A stretch of 32,000 nt of DNA from Trichodesmium erythraeum IMS101. Its GTDB lineage: Bacteria; Cyanobacteriota; Cyanobacteriia; Cyanobacteriales; Microcoleaceae. Shown here in pieces: positions 20,649 through 30,700 of the stretch. The number at the start of each line of letters is the position of its first letter. Positions within the stretch are counted from its first letter, which is position 1. The notes below the pieces were generated by a model. That model made no database searches. It was given only the letters and a program-made list of their open reading frames with translations, and was not told where the DNA came from. The stretch covers positions 2,670,001 through 2,702,000 of the forward strand of contig NC_008312.1 of the NCBI RefSeq assembly GCF_000014265.1, read 5' to 3'. The translations under genes and the position numbers were made by a program.

Positions 20649-21896
20649 ATGGAAAAAGAGTATAACTATTATGAAGTTCTAAGGGTATCAAAAGATGCTT
20701 CAGCCGAACAGATAAAAAAAGCCTATCATAGTTTAGCACGTCAGTATCACCCTGATGTCAATTCAGGGGATATAAATGCAGCAGAAAAATTTAAAGAAAT
20801 TAATTCAGTATATGAAATTCTTTCTGATCCATTAAAGCGGTCTAAATATGACAAAAATGTAGAGGAAGCACAGGAATTATATAAGCGTGGAGTGTCTAAA
20901 AGTCAGCGAGGAAATTATCAAGGTGCAATATTAGATTATACAAAAGCACTGGAAATTAATCCTGACTGGTTAGAAGTTTTGTACAATAGAGCATTTGCTA
21001 GTTATAAATTGCAAGATTATCGGAATGCAGATATTGATTATACTAAGGCATTATTTTTAGACCCATACTTAGTAGAAGTTTACTATTACAGGGGCTTATG
21101 CCGGATGAAATTAAAATCTATTCAAGCTGGTATGGAAGACTATACTAAAGCATTAGAAATAAATCCCAATTTTGCTCATGTTTATTATCAGCGTGGTTTG
21201 GTTTATTTAAAATTACAAGAACATCGTCTGGCAAGATTGGATTTCGGAAAGGCTGCTCAACTTTTTGCAGAACAAGGGGATAAAATTAATTCTCAAATAT
21301 CCCTGAAAGCTATGAGAAGTTTAGAGAATTTTTCTGTGGCAAAAATACTAGAAATATTCCAGAAAACTTTTCAAGATAGTTGGATTACAGTCAAGACTTT
21401 TATACCTAATCCCATAGGTGGTTTATTACCAGCTTTTGTGGAATTAGAACTGAAAAGAGCGCTGAATGTGGCAATTTTATTAGGGATAATATTTGAGGTT
21501 TGCTTTGTAATAGGAATTAGCTTAATTTTAGGACGATTGGGTGGAGATAATCATACAGGATTTTTATTGTTAATAATTATTGGTATTATTCCTTTTGTAA
21601 ATCTAACGGTTACAAGTGGTTTTGCTAGACTGATATTTAAAACTAATGGTAGTTTAACAGGAGATTTGTTTGTTGCAGGTACGTCACTATTGCCTCTAGG
21701 TTTACTGGTGTTGATTAGTGGAGTTTTAAATAATTGGATAATTAGTTTGATTTTATGTATATTTGCTCTTTGTTATACAATTTTAATTATGTATAGCGGT
21801 TGTCAAAAAATTGCCAATGTTTCTGAAGAAAAATCTGCTCTAATAGTACCTATTATGTTATTAGTAAGTGGCTTACCATTTAGTTTGATTAAGTAG
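20649..21896 (+). CDS. J-domain / TPR-repeat protein with a C-terminal polytopic membrane domain
   Basis: '[32 protein letters not shown]' is a J domain with the HPD tripeptide. Repeated 34-aa units follow ('[11 protein letters not shown]', '[11 protein letters not shown]', '[11 protein letters not shown]'), fitting TPRs. The last ~150 aa contain 4-5 hydrophobic spans. ATG 20649 is preferred over TTG 20643. Confidence 0.8.
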   Translation: MEKEYNYYEVLRVSKDASAEQIKKAYHSLARQYHPDVNSGDINAAEKFKEINSVYEILSDPLKRSKYDKNVEEAQELYKRGVSKSQRGNYQGAILDYTKALEINPDWLEVLYNRAFASYKLQDYRNADIDYTKALFLDPYLVEVYYYRGLCRMKLKSIQAGMEDYTKALEINPNFAHVYYQRGLVYLKLQEHRLARLDFGKAAQLFAEQGDKINSQISLKAMRSLENFSVAKILEIFQKTFQDSWITVKTFIPNPIGGLLPAFVELELKRALNVAILLGIIFEVCFVIGISLILGRLGGDNHTGFLLLIIIGIIPFVNLTVTSGFARLIFKTNGSLTGDLFVAGTSLLPLGLLVLISGVLNNWIISLILCIFALCYTILIMYSGCQKIANVSEEKSALIVPIMLLVSGLPFSLIK

Positions 21897-22225
21897 ATAA
21901 ATATTAGATTTAATTTAGATTAATATATCTATTGAGTTAGGAAATTTATACATGAGCTCGTTTAAGGCTATTTTTAAATTAAGTTTTCTTTGTACATATT
22001 TTTTGAGAATCTACACAATTGTTTCAAAGAATTAAATTCTTAACTAGATAAATTTCTAATCTTGTTTTTTTTGCATAAGATATATAATCAGTTTTCGCAC
22101 TACAATATGTCAGTATCAGTGAGAACAATCAAGAAAGTTAACTGGGCTATCGGTTAAAAGCGTTCAGGTCGTTTCCATCTAGCTATTACAACTGGCTAGT
22201 TTCCAATTTACAAATACGAGTTTTT

Positions 22226-23236
22226 ATGATGAAAATAATATTTTTTGGTACACCTCTATTTGCTGTTCCTACTTTGAAAAAATTGTTAGATAACCCAAAA
22301 ATAGAAGTTACAGCAGTTGTAACTCAACCTGATAAACGGCGTGGGCGAGGCAATAAACTGATTCCATCTCCTGTTAAGTCAGTGGCAGTTGCCCATAATA
22401 TCCCTGTCTGGCAACCACGACGAGTTAAAAAAAATCCTGAAACTCTCAATTTATTGAGAGAGGCACAAGCAGATGTATTTGTTGTAGTTGCTTATGGACA
22501 AATATTGTCTACAGAAATTTTGGAGATGCCAAAGTTGGGTTGTGTGAATGTTCATGGTTCAATTTTGCCAAAATATCGTGGTGCTGCTCCTATTCAGTGG
22601 TCTATTTATCATGGGGAGGCGGAAACAGGTAATACTACGATGTTAATGGATGTGGGAATGGATACTGGTCCAATGCTCTTGAAGAGTATAATTCCTATTG
22701 GTTTGTTAGATAATGCTGTATCTATAGCGGAAATTTTGGCAAAGGATGGAGCAGATTTATTGCTGGAAACTTTGTTAAGGTTGGAGGACAAGGAAATTGA
22801 ACCTATTCCTCAAGATAATTCTCTGGCAACTTATGCTCCACTGATTCAAAATTCTGATTATGAAATTGATTGGTCGAGGAGTGCTTTGGATATTCACAAC
22901 CAAATCAGAGGATTTTTTCCTAATTGCTTTACCAGTTTTCGGGGTCAGTCTTTGAAGGTAATGGCGACTATTCCTGTGGGGACTGAATATTGGTCAGAGT
23001 TACCTCCGGAATTACAGAAGTTGGAGAAGGTTTGGTCTTCTGAGTCTGAGGTTGTGGGAAATATTGGGGAGGTTGTCAAAGTAATTAAGGGTTTAGGACC
23101 TGTGGTGCAAACTGGTAGTGGTTGGTTGTTGTTGTGGCAGGTACAGTTGGCTGGGAAAAAGGTGGTTTCTGGTTGGGATTTTGCTAATGGTACTCGTTTG
23201 TTAGTGGGGGAAGTTAGTGAAGTTTTCTCCCGTTAA
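22226..23236 (+). CDS. fmt: Methionyl-tRNA formyltransferase
   Basis: '[18 protein letters not shown]', '[12 protein letters not shown]' and '[20 protein letters not shown]' are canonical Fmt motifs. Length is 336 aa. Confidence 0.95.
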   Translation: MMKIIFFGTPLFAVPTLKKLLDNPKIEVTAVVTQPDKRRGRGNKLIPSPVKSVAVAHNIPVWQPRRVKKNPETLNLLREAQADVFVVVAYGQILSTEILEMPKLGCVNVHGSILPKYRGAAPIQWSIYHGEAETGNTTMLMDVGMDTGPMLLKSIIPIGLLDNAVSIAEILAKDGADLLLETLLRLEDKEIEPIPQDNSLATYAPLIQNSDYEIDWSRSALDIHNQIRGFFPNCFTSFRGQSLKVMATIPVGTEYWSELPPELQKLEKVWSSESEVVGNIGEVVKVIKGLGPVVQTGSGWLLLWQVQLAGKKVVSGWDFANGTRLLVGEVSEVFSR

Positions 23237-23520
23237 GTTGGAGATTAAATATTTAGAACTGAAGGCTAACCTAACCGACCCCCAATAAGGGGGGTAGGTA
23301 CAGCAGCTATGAGATGCCAGCTTAAATGAAGGCTACGGTTTGCTTATTTTTCTCTGCCTAACAACTGGAGAGGTTGTCAAGTTGTTAAAAATCTTTGTAT
23401 ATATTTAATACGGCTTTTTTCTGTAATAGGTAAAGACAAATAGTCTACTAGCCTTTCTATTTTGACAGTTTTCTATATAGGAAATTAGATACTATATAAA
23501 GTAATAAAGTATATCATCTT

Positions 23521-23664
23521 ATAGAAAATTTTTGGGCCAAAATCAAACATGATCAAGAGTTACGCAAGGGTCTCCCAAGGATAATCATTACAAGGTATGA
23601 CAAGTATTCAGTCAACTATCTGGGAGGAATTATTTTGGTAGCTTCAGTTATTTTGATAGCATAG
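23521..23664 (+). mobile_element. C-terminal stub of an IS5-family (IS427/IS1031-like) DDE transposase; the rest of the element is absent
   Basis: Translation IENFWAKIKHDQELRKGLPRIIITRYDKYSVNYLGGIILVASVILIA* matches the conserved transposase tail (E.FF.K.K.fR.iatRYDK....yl....la...i.l). An upstream in-frame stop lies at about 23497. There is no N-terminal part and no recognisable inverted repeats. Confidence 0.6.
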
Positions 23665-23721
23665 CGATCGCGATATTATATTTTCATAAAATACCTATTT
23701 TGTAAATTTTTGAGTTGATGA

Positions 23722-24651
23722 TCAGCTCTCACTATTCCGATGGTAGTTTTGATACTTAATTCTAGCACCAGCCCATAGTAGTTTTTCTCTGAGAGTCTGA
23801 AAAAATGAATAATTTTCCCGCAGAATAATAAACTTAGCTTGACAATTTGCCATACGCACATTTACTCTTTTTCCTGGCCATATAGAAGTACATAGAACTC
23901 CATCTGCCCAGAGTTTAGTACTTAGATCGTGATCATGTAAAGGCCAAATACTAACTACACAACCAGGAGGAAGTACAATAGGGCGGCTCGAAAGACTTAG
24001 AGGGCAAATTGGTGTTATGGAAATGGAAGCCATGCCAGAGTGCATAATTGGTCCATTAGCAGAGGCAGTATAACAAGTGGAGCCTGTGGGACTTGCAACA
24101 ATTAATCCATCCCCTTGATATTGGTCTACTATCTCACCATCAATTTCTAGTTCTAAAATAGAAGTAGGCATTCTGTCAGCAGAAGCAGGTTTAACGCAAA
24201 ACTCATTTAAGGCTAAAAAGTTATCGCTGACTGGTTTGAGGTTATAGCGATCGCCATCAAATACTGCTGACTGCAACATCATTCTTAGTTGTAATGCATA
24301 GCGGTCTTCAAATAACCTATCCCATACTTTTTCTGTATCCTGAAAATCTTCAAAATTATGGGTTAAAAAGCCTAAATGTCCTCCTACATTAACTGCTAAG
24401 ATAGGAATTCCATCCGGTGCTAAACTTCTAGCTGCAGCTAATATTGTACCATCTCCTCCTAAGACTACTGCCAAATCAATTTTATTATTGCTAGAAGCGA
24501 GAAAAACTGGATAAGGATTATCTTGTGGCCCACTTGGGCCCATTAAGACTCGACATCCTCTCTTTTCCAACTCTCTCGCAGATTGTTCTGCATAACGACG
24601 GCTTATATCATCTCTAGCCTTATGAGCAATAATTACTCGTTTAAGATCCAT
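23722..24651 (-). CDS. nadK: NAD(+) kinase
   Basis: 'VVLGGDGTILAAAR', 'NVGGHLGFL' and 'GDGLIVASPTGSTCY' are the ATP-NAD kinase signatures. Length is 309 aa. Confidence 0.95.
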   Translation of the reverse strand: MDLKRVIIAHKARDDISRRYAEQSARELEKRGCRVLMGPSGPQDNPYPVFLASSNNKIDLAVVLGGDGTILAAARSLAPDGIPILAVNVGGHLGFLTHNFEDFQDTEKVWDRLFEDRYALQLRMMLQSAVFDGDRYNLKPVSDNFLALNEFCVKPASADRMPTSILELEIDGEIVDQYQGDGLIVASPTGSTCYTASANGPIMHSGMASISITPICPLSLSSRPIVLPPGCVVSIWPLHDHDLSTKLWADGVLCTSIWPGKRVNVRMANCQAKFIILRENYSFFQTLREKLLWAGARIKYQNYHRNSES

Positions 24652-25072
24652 AGTTTAGATTTGAAATATAAATTAGGGTAATTCCTGTATAAATTTTTAT
24701 TATATAGCTTTTTTATTTGGGTTGTTAGGCAGGAAAAAACTTACTGAGCCTTGGCTCTGATGGGGGGTTGAGGTCTTACGGGCTGTTGCACCCAACCCTC
24801 TTTTAGATGGGTTGGGCTGGCCTGTAAATTCGTTTAAAGTCTCCAAATACCTGAGGGTGACTTACCAAAAATTCTTGTTGGTTTTTATTTGTACCTTCAG
24901 GGGGTGAGCTGCTCAAAAAATCATGACAGTTTCCTAATTTCAGCTCTCAACTTCTGAGAGTTTTCTATAACCTCTTCTTTTTTAGGGTATTCATGAAACC
25001 AGGGGGATGGATAACGGGTCTTAATTCAAGTCTCGTACAAATTAAGAATTTTGAACTTGAAGTTAGAAACTT

Positions 25073-27295
25073 TTATAAATCAATTTCAAAAAGGTATCCT
25101 TGTTTTGACTCTTTCAATTCACTTGCATACCAGGGTGAAAGGCTCTTTCCTCCGAGCCAAGAAACTACAGATGAGCAGGCAAACAATTTGTTGGCTGCTT
25201 TAGCATTGGGATTACATTCAGAATCAACAACGCTCACACTAGTAATGTTCATTACAGGTAAAGTCACCTCTCTCAGCCTTGCTTCTGATCGCGGGTGAAC
25301 ACAGATGATTTTACCACCAAACCAAAATGTGAGCCAAAGATAACCAGATCTATCTACAGCTAGTCCATCAAGTACTCCTTCATTTTCATTAGCAACAATA
25401 AATTTGTGATGGTACTGAACATCTTTTAGGGTTGCTTCCATTTTAGATGATTTGAGGGTGAAGACATGGATCACCCGTTCGAGACTGTCTACAACATAAA
25501 GCGATCGCCCATCTGGTGACGTTCCCATGCTATTAGCATAACCAAACCCTTTAAAAACTTCTTGAACTTGCCCCTGGGAATTACAGCATAGCAGTGCTCC
25601 TTCTTTTCCAATTCCTGTGGTGTCTTCATTTATTGTATTAAACCATATGCATCCGGTTTTGTCAATAATTACATCATTACAAACTAATTTTTGACCTTGA
25701 TATTCTTGAACAATGGGCACTAGCTCTTGGGTGTTGAGGTTAAACTCCATCAACCCTAACTCCCCAGATAATAATACGGTTCCTGTTGCAGATACTGCAA
25801 TGCCATAAAATGCTGCAGGTAATGAAAACCTTTGTATATTGCGGGTTGTCAAGCACAGTTGAATGAGCTGAAAATTGCCATAGTCTAGACAAAGTAGTTG
25901 ATTATTTCTGGAGTCATAGCAGAGTCCTTCACCTCCCTGGAGAAGAAGGTCTGGTACTACGGTAATTTGATAGGCTGGTGAGCGTCGTTCTAGTAGTAGT
26001 GCATTCCGTAGGTGCTCTCCATAAAATTTTAGGGGAAACTGGCTGGTCCCAAAAAGGTTGAGCTCTGCTAGTGGAGTTGAATGATAGGAGCTATTTTTGA
26101 TTTGCTCTTCTGGTTTGCAGTTAAAGGTAATGAGCTGTGAGCTGCCTAGGGTTTGTTGAGCCAGACTAAAATCAAGTAGTGTTGAGGCGAGGCCACTTTT
26201 ACGAGTTGAAAGATATAGGCGAATACTTGTGGGTATTTGTTGTTGTAATGGCTGTTTAGGAATTTGGGGGCAAATTCCCTGAGCTAATTTTAGGGCAGCT
26301 AATGGTAAGTTGAAGTTAATACTTTGTTTATATAGAAAGCTGAATGTTGCACTCATACGCGCATTCATTTCAATTAAGATGGGAGGCGTTTGCCCTTGAA
26401 GCCAAAATTCAGCGCTGAAAAAGCTGTTATCTAAACCGCTATTTTGAATAAAATTAGTGACTCGCTCATAAATAGCTTTTTTTTGGAGTTCACTGACTTG
26501 AGAGGGAAAAATATAACAGTCTACGGATCCATTTGGCGCTTCTACAGTATCTACTAAACCCAGAAAATTAATCTCTCCTTTATAAACGAAGCCATCACAG
26601 GTTAAGGGTTCACCAGAAATTAGTTCTTCAACTAAAAGTGGAACTTGAGAAGTTACAGCTAAGGGGTATTTTGTAGCATCAACAAATTCTTGGAAGAAAG
26701 TTGAATACATTTGCCAATAAGGTTGATAAGCTGTCGCTAGTTCTGTACATACCTGTTCTAATTGCTCAGGGGTATCAACCGGAGCACAAAACATTCCGTA
26801 ACTAGAACAAACTGGTTTTATAAATACTGGAAAAGTTAGGGTGTTGAGAGTGGGTTGATCAATGGAAACCTTTTTTTCATTTTCCAGTTGCACAAAACTG
26901 TAGCCGGGGGGGTATGAGTCAATTTCACGACCATAAAATTTATGAAAACACTGTAATACACTTTCCAGGGAAGGACCAAAAAGATTGAGGTTTTGACAAA
27001 CTACAGCGGCTATTAAGTTGCTAATATCAAAGCTGTAGTAAACAACTGTAATATGATGGCTTTGGGCATAAGCGATCGCGTCTTGGCAAAAGGCCACTAA
27101 GTTGACTGGACCTTTGAGTGATGGTGGTATTGTTTTTAGTGATGAATATTCTAAACAATGAAAGCAATATTCTGAAAAATCAGGGCTAGAAAATAACTGC
27201 TTTTCATTTTCAGATGGTAATAATGCTAATACTGGAATTTTTTCATTGGCTGAATTAATTTCCTGAATTACAGTTACTGTTGCTACTTTTAACAT
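25073..27295 (-). CDS. Fusion protein: ATP-grasp ligase domain (N-terminal ~430 aa) + SMP-30/gluconolactonase/LRE-like beta-propeller (C-terminal ~300 aa)
   Basis: ATP-grasp hallmarks: 'FPVFIKPVCSSYGMFCAPVDTPEQLE', 'LVEELISGEPLTCDGFVYKGEINFLG', 'PPILIEMNARMS'. SGL hallmarks: 'CNDVIIDKTGCIWFNT', 'YANSMGTSPDGRSLYVVDS', 'VLDGLAVDRSGYLWLTFWFGGKIICVHP'. This is a single uninterrupted 740-aa ORF. Confidence 0.8.
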   Translation of the reverse strand: MLKVATVTVIQEINSANEKIPVLALLPSENEKQLFSSPDFSEYCFHCLEYSSLKTIPPSLKGPVNLVAFCQDAIAYAQSHHITVVYYSFDISNLIAAVVCQNLNLFGPSLESVLQCFHKFYGREIDSYPPGYSFVQLENEKKVSIDQPTLNTLTFPVFIKPVCSSYGMFCAPVDTPEQLEQVCTELATAYQPYWQMYSTFFQEFVDATKYPLAVTSQVPLLVEELISGEPLTCDGFVYKGEINFLGLVDTVEAPNGSVDCYIFPSQVSELQKKAIYERVTNFIQNSGLDNSFFSAEFWLQGQTPPILIEMNARMSATFSFLYKQSINFNLPLAALKLAQGICPQIPKQPLQQQIPTSIRLYLSTRKSGLASTLLDFSLAQQTLGSSQLITFNCKPEEQIKNSSYHSTPLAELNLFGTSQFPLKFYGEHLRNALLLERRSPAYQITVVPDLLLQGGEGLCYDSRNNQLLCLDYGNFQLIQLCLTTRNIQRFSLPAAFYGIAVSATGTVLLSGELGLMEFNLNTQELVPIVQEYQGQKLVCNDVIIDKTGCIWFNTINEDTTGIGKEGALLCCNSQGQVQEVFKGFGYANSMGTSPDGRSLYVVDSLERVIHVFTLKSSKMEATLKDVQYHHKFIVANENEGVLDGLAVDRSGYLWLTFWFGGKIICVHPRSEARLREVTLPVMNITSVSVVDSECNPNAKAANKLFACSSVVSWLGGKSLSPWYASELKESKQGYLFEIDL

Positions 27296-27346
27296 TAACT
27301 TATAGTAAACAATTTTGTACTGATCATATTGAATTTTATCAGGAGT

Positions 27347-27615
27347 TGTTAGGTCTTAGGCGGTAGGTTTTAGATGGCAGGTTTTAAACGGCAGGTTTTA
27401 GGCGGCAGGTTTTAGGTGGCAGGTTTTAAACGGTAGGTTTTAGGAGGCGGGTTTTAGGAGGCAGGTTTTAGGCGGCAGGTTTTAGGCGGCAGGTTTTAGA
27501 TGGCAGGTTTTGGGCGGCAGGTTTTAGATGGCAGGTTTTAGATGGCAGGTTTTAGATGGCAGGTTTTGGGCGGCAGGTTTTAGATGGCAGGTTTTAGGTG
27601 GTAGGTAGGTTTTAC
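27347..27615. repeat. 14-nt tandem array YGGCAGGTTTTAGR, 17 regular units (27361-27598) plus degenerate units at both ends
   Basis: Units counted directly from the sequence. The 42-nt block 27501-27542 recurs at 27557-27598 with one mismatch. Stops occur in all frames. There are no unique spacers between units. Confidence 0.95.
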
Positions 27616-27762
27616 ACAAATGATGCTACCGGATATGATATTATTAAATTATGTTTATTGAAATTTTGTTGGCCACCGACTTAGATTTTAGATAATTTAT
27701 TAGAGTGCCGATCGCCTCATTAATTAAAAATTAGAAATTAAAATTTGAAAAACAGATACTTA

Positions 27763-30700
27763 TTAACTTTCAACAATGTTAATACTCACATTATAGTCAG
27801 TCCGACCACTTCCAATGGAGAAAACTTTCAAATAATAAACACCCTTTTCCAGAGTAGTTTGGATTTTCTCTATGGCAATATCTTCTTCATTTGACTGATT
27901 TAAAAAACTCTCATCTTCCCCATATAATTCAATTCCCAAATTTTGAATAAAGCTATCTACAAAAATAGTCACTAAACCTTCTTTTTCTACCTCAAAACGA
28001 AAATAATCTTCTGTATTCCGATCTACTGGCCCGACGGGAAACCCAATATTATCTCTGCTAGAGGTTTGCTTTAACTCCAGAACTCCCATATCAACAGCAT
28101 CTTTGAAAACCTCCGGCACTGGTTTTTCGTTATCTCGAATAATACCGACTGCTTTTGCATCTGCATCTGATAACTTAGCATTTTTCGCACCACTGAGTTT
28201 GACCTGAAATTTCTCATTTTTTTCATAAACAGTATCTCCTAAAATGGGAACATTCAGAGTCTTTTTCGTCTCCCCTGGTTTAAATGTCAGGACTCCCTTT
28301 TTCTTTTGAAAATCTTCTCCCGCCTTAGCGCTACCATTAATAGTCTCATAATTAACCTTCACTGTTTGACTGCTACTATTATCTAGCTTGACTTCAAACT
28401 TCATATTTTTCTCACCCCTGTTGGCTTCAGTCACCCTAGCATCGCCGATGGATATTTGCGGAGAAATGTCGTTATCAATAATTCTGCCTACTGCCTTTTC
28501 ATCTGACAACTTACCATTTTTGGCATCACTGAGTTTGACCTGAAAGTTCTCGTTATTTTCATCAACCAGATCTCCCAAGATAGGAACATTTACAGTCTTT
28601 TTCCTCTCCCCTGGTTTAAAAGTCAGGACTCCCTTTTTCTTTTGAAAATCTTCTCCCGCCTTAGCGCTACCATTAATAGTCTCATAATTAACCTTCACTG
28701 TTTGAGCACTACTATTATCTAACGTGACCTCAAACTTCATATTTTTCTCACCCCTATTTGCTTCCGTCACTTTCGCATCACTGATAGATATTTGAGGCGG
28801 CTGATCATTATCCTGAATTCTGCCTACTGCCTGGCTGTCTGACAACTCCGCATTTTTGGCACGGCTGAGTTTGACCTGAAACTGCTCTGTATTTTCAACC
28901 AGAGTATCTCCTAATATGGGAATATTGACAGTCTTTTTCGTCTCCCCCGGCTTGAATGTCACCACTCCCTTTTGGCTTTGAAAATCTTTTCCTGACTTCG
29001 CGGTGCCATCTACTGAAGCATAATTTACTTTGACTGTTTGGTCGCTGGGGTTGTTCAACCTGACTGCAAACTCCATATTTTTCTTACCCCTATTTGCTTC
29101 GGTCATTTTGGCATCACCAATAGATATTTTCGGAAGTTCGTCGTTATCAAGAATTATGGCTGCACCATATTGTTTTCTGGGGTCTGCTGGCAACTCTGCA
29201 TTTTGGGCTCTGGTGAGTTTGACTTCAAATAATTCGGTATTTTCATAAAAAGTATCTCCCAAAATGGAAATATTGATGCTCTTTTTGGTTTCCCCTGGTT
29301 TGAATGTCACGACTCCACTTTTCTTTTGATAGTCTTTTCCTGATTTCGCGTTGCCATCTACTGTGGTGTAATTTACTTTGACTGTTTGACTGCTGGGGTT
29401 GTTGAGTCTGACTTCAAATTCCATATTTTTCTGACCTCTGTTGCCTTCAACAGTTTTGGCATCGCTGATGGATATTTGAGAAACTTGGTCGTTATCAATA
29501 ATTTTGCCGACTGCTGTGTTGTCTGAAAAATTTCCATTTTCGGCACCGCTGAGTTTGACTTGAAACTGTTCGTTATTTTCATCAACCCTATCTCCGAAAA
29601 TGGGAATGCTCACTATTTTTTTGGTCTGCCCCGGTTGGAATGTCAGGACTCCCCTTTTATTTTGAAAATCTTTTCCTGACTTAGCGCTGCCCTCTTGGGT
29701 TCCATAATTTACTTTGACTGTTTTCCCGCTGGGGTTGTTTAATTTGACTTCAAACTCCATGTTTTTATGACCTCGGTTTCCTTCGGTAATTTTGGCATCG
29801 CCGATGGATATTTGGGGAACTGGGTCGTTATCAACGATGGTGCCTGTAGCTCTCCCATCTTTGATGTTGGCATTTTGGGGGCGGCTCAGATCGACTCGGA
29901 ATTTTTCCTCGGGTTCGTCTCGGTTATCTCCCAAGATGGGAACTGTGATGTTTTTGTTCGTTTCTCCTGGTCGAAAGGTCAGAGTGCCTTTGGTGAGTTT
30001 GTAGTCTTGGTTGACTTGGGCGGTTTGGTTGGCTGTGGTGTAGTTGACTTTGACTGTGGTGGTTGTGGGGTTGTCTAGGGTGACGTTGAATTTGGCGGTT
30101 TTATTTGTGTTGCCTTCGGTGAGCTTGGTGTCGGAGATGGTGATGTTGGGGATGATGGTTATGGGGGTTTTGTTGATGAGGATGGATACGTTGTCATCCC
30201 AATAGTTCGCCACAGCCAGATCAGGAATGCCGTCTCCATTTAAATCTTCTGCTGCTACTGACGCAGGTCCGTCTCCCACCGGAAAATTAGTACGTCGAGC
30301 AAAACTACCGTCACCTTTTCCTGATAACACTGATACGTTGTCATCGCCACCGTTCGCCACAGCCAGATCAGGAATGCCATCTCCATTAAAATCTCCTACT
30401 GCTACTGAAAACGGATCGTCTCCCACCGGAAAATTAGTAGCTGAACCAAAACTACCGTCACCTTTTCCTGATAACACTGATACGTTGTCATTCCACCTGT
30501 TCGCCACAGCCAGATCAGGAATGCCATCTCCATTAAAATCTCCTACTGCTACTGAGATAGGTCCGTCTCCCACCGGAAAATTAGTAGCTGAACCAAAACT
30601 ACCGTCACCTTTTCCTAATAACACTAATACGTTGTCATCGACCCAGTTCGCCACAGCCAGATCAGGAATGCCATCTCCATTAAAATCTCCTACTGCTACT

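Noticed and set aside
24652-25072. Small precursor-peptide gene (graspetide/microviridin-type) near the ATP-grasp gene; 27296-27762 was also scanned
   Set aside because: No convincing short ORF with a ribosome-binding site or a Thr/Ser/Asp/Glu/Lys-rich core was found. The 101-aa ORF 24993-25298 mostly overlaps the 3' end of the ATP-grasp gene on the opposite strand.
27347-27615. CRISPR array
   Set aside because: The 14-nt units are contiguous with no unique spacers, the unit is far shorter than a CRISPR repeat, and no cas genes are in the window.
29030-30078. Several 64-103 aa + strand ORFs, and one minus-strand out-of-frame ORF (29373-29585), inside the Calx-beta region
   Set aside because: They are overlapping shadow frames of a repetitive gene with no independent signals.
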